Of a stretch of DNA of 24,903 bases, positions 1-10,489 are shown piece after piece. A program made the translations under genes and the position numbers. The stretch is taken from the NCBI GenBank assembly GCA_002269645.1, contig NIVC01002961.1, positions 1-24,903 on the forward strand. The letters run 5' to 3'. The first letter of the stretch is position 1; the number at the start of each line of letters is the position of its first letter. The DNA comes from Macrostomum lignano (taxonomy: Eukaryota). The notes under the pieces are model-generated. The model searched no databases, was not told where the DNA came from, and saw nothing but the letters and a program-made list of their open reading frames with translations.

Positions 1-2350
1 TGATAAAATCATTTATAAATGTATTTGTCAAAATAGTATTTTAACTGATCAATAATTTTGGAACTGCAAAATTGACATATTATATTAGTCACGTGCACAT
101 ATGCACAAAAGAACAAGCAAAGGAGAGTTAGAGCACAATGGTAAAGTGTACGCAGCAACCCCTTAGCAACCCAACAATACAAGCCAAGTCACTACACCAA
201 CTCTATGATATAGATATTACTGATATCTATATATATAATATATAAAAATTCATAATCAAGTTGTAATCTGTACAATTTAATATTCTAAGTATTCTACTGT
301 AAGTGGAAAGTAAAACATTTGACTAGAATTGCAATAATTACAAGTGACTTGCAAAAGCAAATTGCAATTTAACTAATTTTTGGGAAATAAAATTGTAATT
401 ATTGAAATTATTTCAATTTTATTGCAATATTCCCAATTTCATTCCAATCTGGATGTCTTGGGTTTACTCTTATATTTTTGCATTTTATTTGTTAAAAAAA
501 CAACTTTTGCAAAACAAACTCATTTTGGTGAATCATAATTTAGCAAATTAACTTTTGGCAAATTGACTTGTTACTGAGGATGGGGGTTTTGTTGTCAGTT
601 GGTTTTTGCCACATACTGTTTTTGGCCATTCAAATTGGTGTGATTCCTGACAATTCAAAAACTTGGGCAAAATCTTGGGTGCAAATAATGGGGAGCTCCA
701 GCTGTTGCATTCCTCAGGTTCAGTGGGAGGGTAACTGTGGTTGTGGCTGAGTGGTCTAGTATTGCTATTTGGATGAGGAGTATAGCCAAGTATAGCCAAT
801 ATAAGGAAACTTAAAATAGACTAATTTGCTAAGTGTGTTATTGTAAGTAGTAGTTTGCTGTAAGTACTGCTGTAATTAAATTAAAAAAGTTAAATTGGCA
901 GTTATTAATCAGATTTGCTATTAGATATAGTTATTATTGTTGTTTTGGTGGTTAAGCAAGGTTACTTGATAAGCAAATGCTAAATTGGCAAATTGGGAAG
1001 AGCTAGTCAGGTCTGGGATTTCAGTTTTATACATAGGGTCCCCTTGTATCTTGAAGTCTGGAATGGGGCTGCAAAAGAGTCTGCTAGGGTCCTAAACAAG
1101 AGTTGGGTGGTTCCAAAACAAGAGGGCAATTCCAAACAAGAGTCTAGCTGGGAGAGAAGAGTGCAAACTCTTAAATGAGCTCTCATGAGCCACTAAGAGG
1201 AAATGGGTTACCCTGGGTAAGAAGAGCATGATGTGCAATAGAAAATGATCAGGTACATTGGGTGGTGACAAGTAAATACTGGGTGTACCCTACTACTTAC
1301 ACAATAAAACAAAAGTTATAAGGAGTGGGAGCCCAAAATACACTAAGAAAAAAAGGGGATTTCCACATAGAGAAATGATGTCAGCATGTATAATGTTAAT
1401 TTGGTGAGTAAAATCCACATAGAGGAAAATAAAATTACATTTGGTGGGACTAGTAGAGGCCATGCCTACTAAATCCCCTGCAAGCCAACAAAAAATTTAA
1501 AAAGTCCTAAATACAATGGCTAGTATCTTACTTAGCGCTTGTCCTAGCAGCAGGCTATGCCATGTTGCTGTGGGGGCCTTAGCCAGTTGGTGGGTGGTAC
1601 AGCTAGAGCCCACTTGGCAGGCCTGCAGGGTTGCATGTAGCAAGGCCAGCGGCAGGCTATCAGGTGCCAGGCATGCCCCGGCATGCCACAAGAAGGCATT
1701 GGCTATTGGCCACTGGGTGCCCTGGATCTAGCCAGCGCAAGTGGTTACTATCCGGCAGACAGTCTCAACTGCCAGCTGGTGGACTGCCATAGTAGCTTGG
1801 ACAACCTTCTGGGTCCAGACTGGGTCTTTCCGCAAGTTGCCAGTGGTGGCTGCCACATTTAGCATCTCAAAGCAACTAGGTGGGGAGGCACTGCACCTCT
1901 GTCATCTTGGCCTTGGACAGGGTTAGCATGCCCTAGCACAAAAAACTGGCCCAGACTTGCTTGAGACCACCAAGACTCCAATTTAGAATCAATGATAATC
2001 TTCTAGCAACCCTGAAAATGCTACTTAACAATTAGAAAAAAAGACACCAAGACAACAAATGGCTGCAATTTGATAAATGGACCAACGCACAAAACTTTAA
2101 ATGACTTGATTGCATGTAATGCCTTTGTGCTACAATAAAAATTCATAATAAGTGTTGTAGCACTGGTTCCTACACAATAAGAAATCCCACTAATGCCACC
2201 AAAGTTGTCAGGGGTAACTTCTATCTTACTGTAAAGCCACTAAAGTTGTACTAAATCCTATTGTCCTAATTTTTAATTTTTAATACTATTCTGGTAGCAT
2301 TCTGGTAGCATTCTTAGTAGATTTGGCCTAAATTGTCTTACTGGTAACTA

Positions 2351-2647
2351 AGCGCCCATCCACCATTTTGCACCAGTGGTGACTTCAACTGGTGGGTTAT
2401 GTGATCCAGGCTGAGGGCTACTGCCCCCAACCTGTTCAAGAGGTCACTGCTGCTCACCTTGCAGGGTCCATTCAGGCAGGGTCAGGCCCAAACCCATCGA
2501 TATGTGGACTGCCTGCTGTGCAATGCTAGGGCGCCCAACACTGCCTATGGAGCTGACTTTGTTTGCTCCTAGGCTCTGCAGCGCGCCATCTGATGCACCC
2601 TGCTCTAACTTTGCATGCAGGGTTGTGTATTTTGTTGTTGTTGTTGT
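2351..2647 (+). mobile_element. 5'-truncated non-LTR retrotransposon (RTE-like LINE) 3' end, decayed
   Basis: Flanked by the direct repeat TGGTAACTA (2342-2350 and 2648-2656), a likely target-site duplication. It ends in a (GTT)n tail (about 2633-2648) after a short 3' UTR with an ACCCTGC/GCAGGGT stem (2597-2603/2617-2623). With one frameshift near 2446 it translates as RPSTILHQW*LQLVGYVIQAEGYCPQPVQEV/LLLTLQGPFRQGQAQTHRYVDCLLCNARAPNTAYGADFVCS*ALQRAI*, resembling the RRL-x-x-GHV-x-R C-terminus of RTE-type ORF2. Confidence 0.78.
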
Positions 2648-4198
2648 TGGTAACTATATATACAATCCTCTTGTCTAGGCATTACCGAGATTAGAGGGTC
2701 ACAGCACTTACTCTTAGTACTCCCTTTTGCATGAAATCATTGCTCCCAATTTTCTAACAATCTTCTTTGCAACACTCTTAGAACTCTTTATCTATACCAT
2801 AGTATTGTTTTAATATATTATAATAGCAATCTAATGTATAGTATTGGGCACCAGTCTGTTAATAAGTGTTAATAAGCATTAAGACTAAGAGTTTTTATTA
2901 ACATTAACAGGCTGCCATAAAGATTTTTGCATCAAGTTTTGTGAGTTAATGAAAACTTCATTTTTAACATTTATGACAATGTCAATTTGATCAAAGAAGC
3001 AAACAAAAAAAAAACAAAAATATAAGTCTACGAGCATAACAAGAAATTATAACACTACAAATATTTTCACATTTACCTAAGTGCCTAATAAGTGCTTTGT
3101 TTTTCACTATAAAAATTTGTTATTGCTTTTAATAGGAAGTAGACCTAATGTTCATATTTTTTATTTTAGTTTTTCTTATAGCTTTATTTATGTTTATCAA
3201 GCTTTTGTTTAAAAAATTAGGGTTTCTATGTTATTTTTTCTATGTATAATTATATATGTCCTATATCTAAAAACCTTAAAAATATCTTAATAATGTGAAA
3301 TTTAATGAATCTGACATATATGATCATTTTAGCTGAATTTACCAAATTATGTAACAGAGATGGTAAAATATATTTATAAAACCAATGGATTAAGCTGTGC
3401 AATGCATTTTTTTATTTTTAAATATAGGACATTGACATTTATATTTAACCACATAACTTCAACCTGCTATGGCATAGCTAAGTTGTATCACAACACATTT
3501 GCAAAAGTTGAGAGACTTTACCTGCACTCTCAAAAGTGAAAATCATAATCATAGACTAAATCTTCTGTTCTGTGATGGCAACTTTTCAATGTTGATAAAT
3601 ATGTAAGATTTAATATGTAAGATATTTAATAAAACAAAGTCCTAATTTTCTAAATAAATAGCTGTACAAAAATCGATAAAACTATATGTATAAGAAAGAA
3701 AAAACATATCAAAAGACAAGAATTGGATCTACCTCCTAATGAAAGCAATAACAATTACAAACTGAAAAAATTCTTATCTGCATTACTAAATTTAAAAAAA
3801 ACTGCCTTTGCAATTTTCCAAAAAGCATAGTTTCCTACTCTTCTACTTGAGTAGTTCTTGGTGCAAAACAAGAGCAAAGGCCATCTTTGTTACAGAAAAG
3901 GTGTCCCTAATGTATGCAGTATACAACTTTAGCAAATTTGTTTTAAAACACTAATTATTTATTAATCTAACTTGAATTTTCAAATATTTATTTTTACTCG
4001 TAGGATGTGGGTCCTGGTTCTATAGTTAAAATAAATTAAGTTAATTATTATTGTAATAAAATATAACTTTGTTATAATCCCCTACTACACTTATATTTAA
4101 CTTCAGTATGCCACTATTTTCAAATTTCAAAAGTGAAAATCGATTATTTTCAGGCCGAGTCAACAGTACCAATAAATTCTAACAATGGCACTAACAAA

Positions 4199-7100
4199 AT
4201 GAGAAGGCAATTAGTGGCTAATATGCCAATTCTGCAGTTTGATGGTGAGTAGTTAAGTTCTTGCCTAAAATTTTATATTTTATATAGTAACTATGGTAAT
4301 TAGTTGTAAATTACTGTGTTATAATTTTGCTGTCACTCCTAACTGATTTGAAGATCCACTGGAGCGCCCAGCGGGTACTCTGCTGTCATCAGCGAGCGGT
4401 CGTACACTAGATGACAATGCCACTTTTGCATTGGCCACCCCTGGCTCCGCTGAAAGCTCCGCCTCAGTGGATCCAACATCAGCTGTCAGTATTAGACATC
4501 AAGGCGATGGCAAAATCGATCAGGATAATTATCGATTATTAACGCTATGCTCTGTAGCTATTAAGCATATTTGCCGACTGTCTAGCAGTAACGACTATGA
4601 AGCTGATGTCAAATTTCAGAGTGAGTGTTACCTTGTGTTCTATCCATCTGTTTTTGTCTAAAAGTTACGTCATGGCACTGGCAGAATAGGGATTGCAAAC
4701 AGGTAGAAGCGCGCCAATACTGTACGCCCTACTGTTAGTAAGAGAAATGGACTTTACAAGTATTTTTTCCATCAAATAACCCAATTTCAGCCGTATTTCG
4801 CATGCTACGCGCTAACGGCATACTTCGCTGGAAGACTAAGGCTATGAAGAATTTTCTAACCGTAAATCCGCTTTTTGAAAGTGCGTTTGCCCGATTGTTT
4901 GAACAGACTACTGTCGGGGTGTTGGTAAGTAGTAGTATCGTATTTTTTGTTTGAACGAAACTTAAGAAATTGTACTGTATTTTAATACTTAAATTTTATC
5001 TTTTTGTTTCTTTTTCAGTCTTCCCAGTGCTCAATAGTTATACCGAAACTCAACTGCGATGACGTTCCTCGAAGACTTTCGTAAGCCTCTTGTTGATTTT
5101 CTTATTGATTTTTTATCAAAAAAAACTTTTTTGACGATCTAAACGGCGCTAAATTTGCGCTTAGCGTCTCCTATGGCGCTAGATTGGCGCTTATAGTCAC
5201 CTATGGCGCTAGATTGGCGCTTATAGTCACCTATGGCGCTAGATTGGTGCTTTAAGTCACCTATGGCGCTAGATTGGCGCTTAAAGTCTCGCCAGTGGCG
5301 CTAGATTGGCGCTTAGAGTCTCACGTGGCGCTAGATTGGCGCTTATAGTCACCTATGGCGCTAGATTGGCGCTTATAGTCACCTATGGCGCTAGATTGGC
5401 GCTTATAGTCACCTATGGCGCTAGATTGGCGCTTAAAGTCTCGCCAGTGGCGCTAGATTGGCGCTTAGAGTCTCACGTGGCGCTAGATTGGCGCTTATAG
5501 TCACCTATGGCGCTAGATTGGCGCTTATAGTCACCTATGGCGCTAGATTGGCGCTTAAAGTCTCGCCAGTGGCGCTAGATTGGCGCTTAGAGTCTCACGT
5601 GGCGCTAGATTGGCGCTTATAGTCACCTATGGCGCTAGATTGGCGCTTAAAGTCTCGCCAATGGCGCATAGATTGGCGCTTAAAGTCTCGCCAATGGCGC
5701 ATAGATTGGCGCTTAGAGTCTCTTCTGTGGCGCTAGATTGGCGCTTAAAGTCTCGTTTATGGTGCTAGATTGGCCGCTTAGAGTCTCGAGTCTGTGGCGC
5801 TAGATTGGCTTAACAATTTTACTGTTCTTGCTTCCCTATGCCAGTGTATTACTAATAGTAGTTAATTATTATTGCATAAAATTTATTCAGACTGGACAAC
5901 ACTCCTAACTGGTATCAGAGCAACTTTGAAGAGCAAGCTCGATTGGGCAGTGGCGCTTTCGGTGTCGTCCATCGAGCGAAGAACCTCACCGATGGCGGTC
6001 TCTATGCTATTAAGAAAATTCGCCTTCGACGGCTTGATCTAACTGAGCTGCATCGAGTTCATCGAGAGGTGGCCACGCTTTGTCGATTAGATCATCGCAA
6101 TATTGTTCGATATCACGCTTCTTGGACTGAGATACTGCCTAAGTGAGTTCGTTTGCTGTCAGAAACTCTCAATAACTCTCACTCACAAAAAATCCCCATT
6201 TTGACCTATAAAAGAGAAATCACCATGTTGACCCACTCTTAAATGTCCCATCTTGACCCCTCTTAGAAATCCCTATTTTGACCCACTCTCAGATATCCCC
6301 ATCTTGACACACGCACAGATATCCCCATCTTGACCCACTCTCAGATATCCCCATCTTGACCCACTCTCAGATATTCCCATCTTGTCTTGACCCACTCTCA
6401 GATATCCCCATCTTGACCCATCAATGAGAAATCCTCATCTTGACCCACAATTAAAAAATTCCAATCTTGACCCACAATTATAAAATTCCCATCTTGACCC
6501 ACAATTAAAAATCCCATCTTGACCCACAATTAAAAATTCCAATCTTGACCCACAATTATAAAATTCCCATCTTGACCCACAATTAAAAATCCCATCCTGA
6601 CCCACCCCAGAGGCGCAGCCTTCGGCGCCCGAGTGACCAGTCTGAGCGAGAGCGAACGCGAAGCCAGAGGCGATTCGCTGCCATCAGAAACGTCTTCGTC
6701 TTCGACTTCAACGTCCATATCGTCTTCGAAGTCTTCTTCGGCGACTAATTCTGCTAAAATGGAGCAATCCGACTCCATGATTGTGTTTCGCAACGATGAG
6801 GCCGAAGAAAAAAGTCGGATGAAGGATGCTGGGAAACCATTGGGAAATTATCAGGATAGCGAAGCTTGTCTTAGTGGAGAAGAACAGTTTGATAAAGATC
6901 TGTAAGTTTGACGTCTTTGACGTTTATCTTTCTTTTTATTTTACCATTCTTTATCTCCTTTTTTCTTATAAAATTTTAGGTCGCTAAAAACTGGCACCTC
7001 CGCCATTAATTGGCAACTTCGCTCCAATGGTGGCTGGACAGCGGAACTGGCTGAGCGCTGGCAACAGCTGGGCTCGGATTCGGAACTGGCTTCGGCTCCT

Positions 7101-10100
7101 GTACCGAGTTACAGGTAGATGAGATAGGATTTAACAGTATTTAAAATCTTGAAGAATCTTTGGTTGCTGGATCCTTCACCCAGCCTTCCAGATCCTCAGT
7201 TGCTGGGCCAGCCTCTCAGATCCTCAGTAGCTGGGCCAGCCTCTCAGATCCTCAATTGCTGAGCCACCAGCCTCCTAGATCCTCAGTTGCTTGGCCAGCT
7301 TCCCAGATCCTCAGTTGCTGGATCATCAGCCTCCCAGATCCTCAGTTGCTTGGCCAGCTTCCCAGCCTCCCAGATCCTCAGTTGCTTAGCCAGCCTTCCA
7401 GATCCTCAGTTGCTTGGCCAGCTTCCCAGATCCTCAGTTGCTGAGCCAGCCTTCCAGCCTTTAGTCCCTGGATGGAGCTGAGTCGATGGGATATCGCTAA
7501 ATCCCACAGTCACCAGGGCTTAAGAAACTATTAACTGCATTTCAACCGCACCGCTAGGCGTGTGCTGTCCCTCGAAGAGGCTTCATCATCTGCCATAGAC
7601 GGTAACCATCGCAACGGCGGCAATGCCAGACGGCCAGCATCCAAGAAGCGGCATCATCAGCTGATGCCGCTGTCGCATCGCGCTCCGCTCAACCGTATGA
7701 TGACTCTGCGCAGTAGCGAACTAGTGCTCTTCATCCAGATGCAGCTGTGCGACACCAACCTGCAGGCTCACCTCGATCGGAGAAATTCCACCAGCGCCCC
7801 CACTGGCCCAGTCATTGACGACTACGAGAATCACGACATTTTTCATCAGCTCCTGCGTGGCATTGAGTACATTCACGGTCAGGGCATTCTGCATCGTGAC
7901 TTGAAATGCACGAATGTGTTTTTGCAACTGGTTGAATCGCCGGAGACTACTAAGTGAGTAGTATTATAGGGGGGGGGACTGGGAATTTAGAAAAATTCAA
8001 ATAAGCCTATAGTAGACTTATATGACAATTTAATTAAAGAATGGCAGTTCAAAGGGAAAGTAAAAATGAAAATAAAATATAGAATTAGAATCCAAATCAA
8101 TAACACAGTCAAGAAAAAGATAGGATAAAATCCGAAGAGAAGTAGAAGAAAAATATAATCAAGGGTAGAATCGGGTAGAAAAATAGAATCAAGGATAGAA
8201 TCGAAGAATAAAAGTAGAATTAAGAATAGAATCGGGAAGAAGAAAAGTAGAACCAATGATATAATCGGAAAGAAGAAAAGTAGAATCAAGGATATAATCG
8301 GAAAGAAAAATATAATCAAGGATAGAATCGGGAAGAAAAGTAGAATCAAGGATAGAATCGGGAAGAAAAGTAGAATCAAGGATAGAATCGGGAAAAAAAG
8401 TAGAATCAATGATATAATCGGAAAGAAGAAAAATATAATCAAGGATATAATCGGAAAGAAAAATAGAATCAAGGATAGAATCGGGAAAAAGAAAAGTAGA
8501 ATCAGGGATAGAATTGGGAAGAAGAAAAGTAGAATCAAGGATAGAATCGGGAAGAAGAAAAGTAGAATCAAGGATAGAATTGGGAAGAAGAAAAGTAGAA
8601 TCAAGGATATAATCGGGAAGAAGAAAAGTAGAATCAAGGATATAATCGGGAAGAAGAAAAGTAGAATCAAGGATAGAATCGGAGTAGAAAAGTAGAATCA
8701 AGAATAGAATCGGGAAGAAGAAAAATAGAATCAGGGATAGAATCGGAAAGAAGAAAAGTAGAATCAAGGATAGAATCGGGAAGAATAAAAGTAGAATCAA
8801 GGATAGAATCGGGAAGAAGAAAAGTAGAATCAATGATAGAGTCGGGAAGGAGAAAAGTAGAATCAAGGAAAGAATCAGGAAGAAAAGTAGAATCAAGGAT
8901 AGAATCGGGAAGAAGAAAAGTAAAATCAAGGATAGAATCGGGAAGAAGAAAAGTAGAATCAAGGATAGAATCGGGAAGAAGAAAAGTAGAATCAAGGATA
9001 GAATCGGGAAGAAGAAAAGTAGAATCAAGGATAGAATCGGGAAGAAGAAAAGTAGAATCAAGGATAGAATCGGGAAGAAGAAAAGTAGAATCAAGGATAG
9101 AATCGGGAAGAAGAAAAGTAGAATCAAGGATAGAATCGGGAAGAAGAAAAGTAAAATCAATGGATAGAATCGGAAAGAAGAAAAGTAGAATCAAGGATAG
9201 AATCGGGAAGAAGAAAAGTAGAATCAAGGATAGAATCGGAAAGAAAAAAAATAGAATCAAGGATGTAATCGGAAAGAAAAGTAGAATCAAGGATAGAATC
9301 GGGAAGAAGAAAAGTAGAATCAAGGATAGAATCGGAAAGAAAAAAAATAGAATCAAGGATAGAATCGGGAAGAAGAAAAGTAGAATCAAGGATACAATCG
9401 GGAAGAAAAGTAGAATCAAGGATAGAATCGGGAAGAAGAAAAGTAGAATCAATGGATAGAATCGGAAAGAAGAAAAGTAGAATCAAGGATAGAATCGGGA
9501 AGAAGAAAAGTAGAATCAAGGATAGAATCAGGAAGAAGAAAAGTAGAATCAAGGATAGAATCGGAAAGAAAAATAGAATCAAGGATAGAATCGGGAAGAA
9601 GAAAAGTAGAATCAAGGATATAATCGGGAAGAAAAGTAGAATCAAGGATAGAATCATAAAGAAAAGTAGAATCATGGATAAAATCGGAATCGATTCAGTA
9701 AATGTTTAATCTCATCGACACACTAATCTCTCACAATCCCCAAGATGCCGCTATCGAGTTCGAATCGGGGATTTCGGTCTCGCCCGTTCCGTTGCCAGCC
9801 CGGCAGATCCTCGTCGCGCTGATGCGCCACGCTTGAAAATGTCCACGGTGGGCACCGCCAGCTACCAGAGCCCGGAGCTGCGGGCCGGCCTGCAGTACGA
9901 CCAGAAGACCGACATGTTCAGCTTAGGGGTCATCCTATTCGAGCTCTACCAGCCGTTCTCTAGCGGTCACGAGCGCCAACGATTGCTAAACGAACTGAGA
10001 CGGGAGCATCGACTGCCCGACGATCTGGCGTTGCGCTATCCGCAAGAAGCCGATGTCATCCTGAAGCTGACTCATCCAGATCCGGCCAGACGGCCTCAAG

Positions 10101-10333
10101 CTGCTGAGCTGTTGCAGTCGTGGCGCTATGCGGCTAGCAAATCTGCCGCTGTGGACCGTCTGGCTGCCGAGGTGCTCACGCTTAGACGACTGCTAGCTGA
10201 AGAGACTAAAAGGCGAAAGAATGCCGAGAGGAAGCTGGTCAAGTATGCTATTAATAATAATAATAACAATAACGGTAGTTCTAATGATAAGGATTGTAGC
10301 GACAATGATTGCAATGAAATGCCTGATCTTTGA
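4199..10333 (+). CDS. EIF2AK1: eIF2-alpha kinase, HRI/EIF2AK1-like (9 coding exons, about 723 aa)
   Basis: Exons joined in phase at GT/AG sites: 4199-4244, 4354-4620, 4791-4924, 5019-5080, 5891-6142, 6611-6901, 6980-7114, 7558-7953, 9745-10333 (sum 2172 nt, divisible by 3). Motifs: W-YQSNFEEQARLGSGAFGVVH, YAIKKI, REVATLCRLDHRNIVRYHASW, long Ser-rich kinase insert, LFIQMQLC, HRDLKCTN, IGDFGLAR, GTASYQSPE, DMFSLGVILFEL and a C-terminal coiled-coil-like tail. The N-terminal NYRLLTLCSVAIKHIC segment resembles the HRI N-terminal domain. The start is uncertain (ATG 4199 or 4223, or an upstream exon via the acceptor at 4153). Family assignment is from recalled motifs, not a search. Confidence 0.85.
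5141..5811. repeat. Minisatellite, about 30-32 bp unit (TATGGCGCTAGATTGGCGCTTATAGTCACC and variants), kinase intron 4
   Basis: About 20 visible tandem copies. They explain the ORFs at 5306 and 5580. Confidence 0.95.
6190..6604. repeat. Minisatellite, about 27-31 bp unit with core CCCATCTTGACCCAC, kinase intron 5
   Basis: The repeated core is followed by TCTCAGATAT or AATTAAAAAT variants, and the array runs to within a few bases of the acceptor at 6610. Confidence 0.9.
7160..7462. repeat. Minisatellite with core CCAGATCCTCAGTTGCT(T/G)GGCCAGC, kinase intron 7
   Basis: About 10 variable-length copies. They explain the ORFs at 7160 and 7287. Confidence 0.9.
8150..9690. repeat. Purine-rich minisatellite, 33-bp unit GAATCAAGGATAGAATCGGGAAGAAGAAAAGTA, kinase intron 8
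   Basis: Dozens of tandem copies with 30-33 bp length variants. They produce the spurious ILSLILLFFF and SRIKDRIGKKK ORFs. Confidence 0.97.
10253..10273 (+). repeat. (AAT/AAC)7 microsatellite encoding poly-Asn in the kinase C-terminal tail
   Basis: aat aat aat aat aac aat aac read in frame as NNNNNNN. Confidence 0.85.
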
Positions 10334-10489
10334 TCGAATTTTTATGTTTTTTGCTGTATTGATTTTTATATAAATAAGACTGCTGTTTTTAAGATATGAG
10401 GATACGTCCTATAAGAATTGTAAAAGCAGACAGAAGGAACAGACATTAGACAGAAAGACAGGTAGTGTGGTAGGCAGACACATTTCAAC

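Noticed and set aside
548-1240. Short ORFs and a thrice-repeated AAACAAGAG
   Set aside because: No recognisable protein or element boundaries; probably decayed repeat debris within the CpG desert.
2856-2910. Small nested inverted repeats (CTGTTAAT/ATTAACAG, TGTTAATAA/TTATTAACA)
   Set aside because: They are short and very AT-rich, so plausibly chance or local slippage.
7987-9709. Long ORFs (up to 323 aa) resembling membrane proteins or basic Arg/Lys proteins
   Set aside because: They are translations of the 33-bp intronic minisatellite, open in several frames on both strands, inside a kinase intron with clean splice phases.
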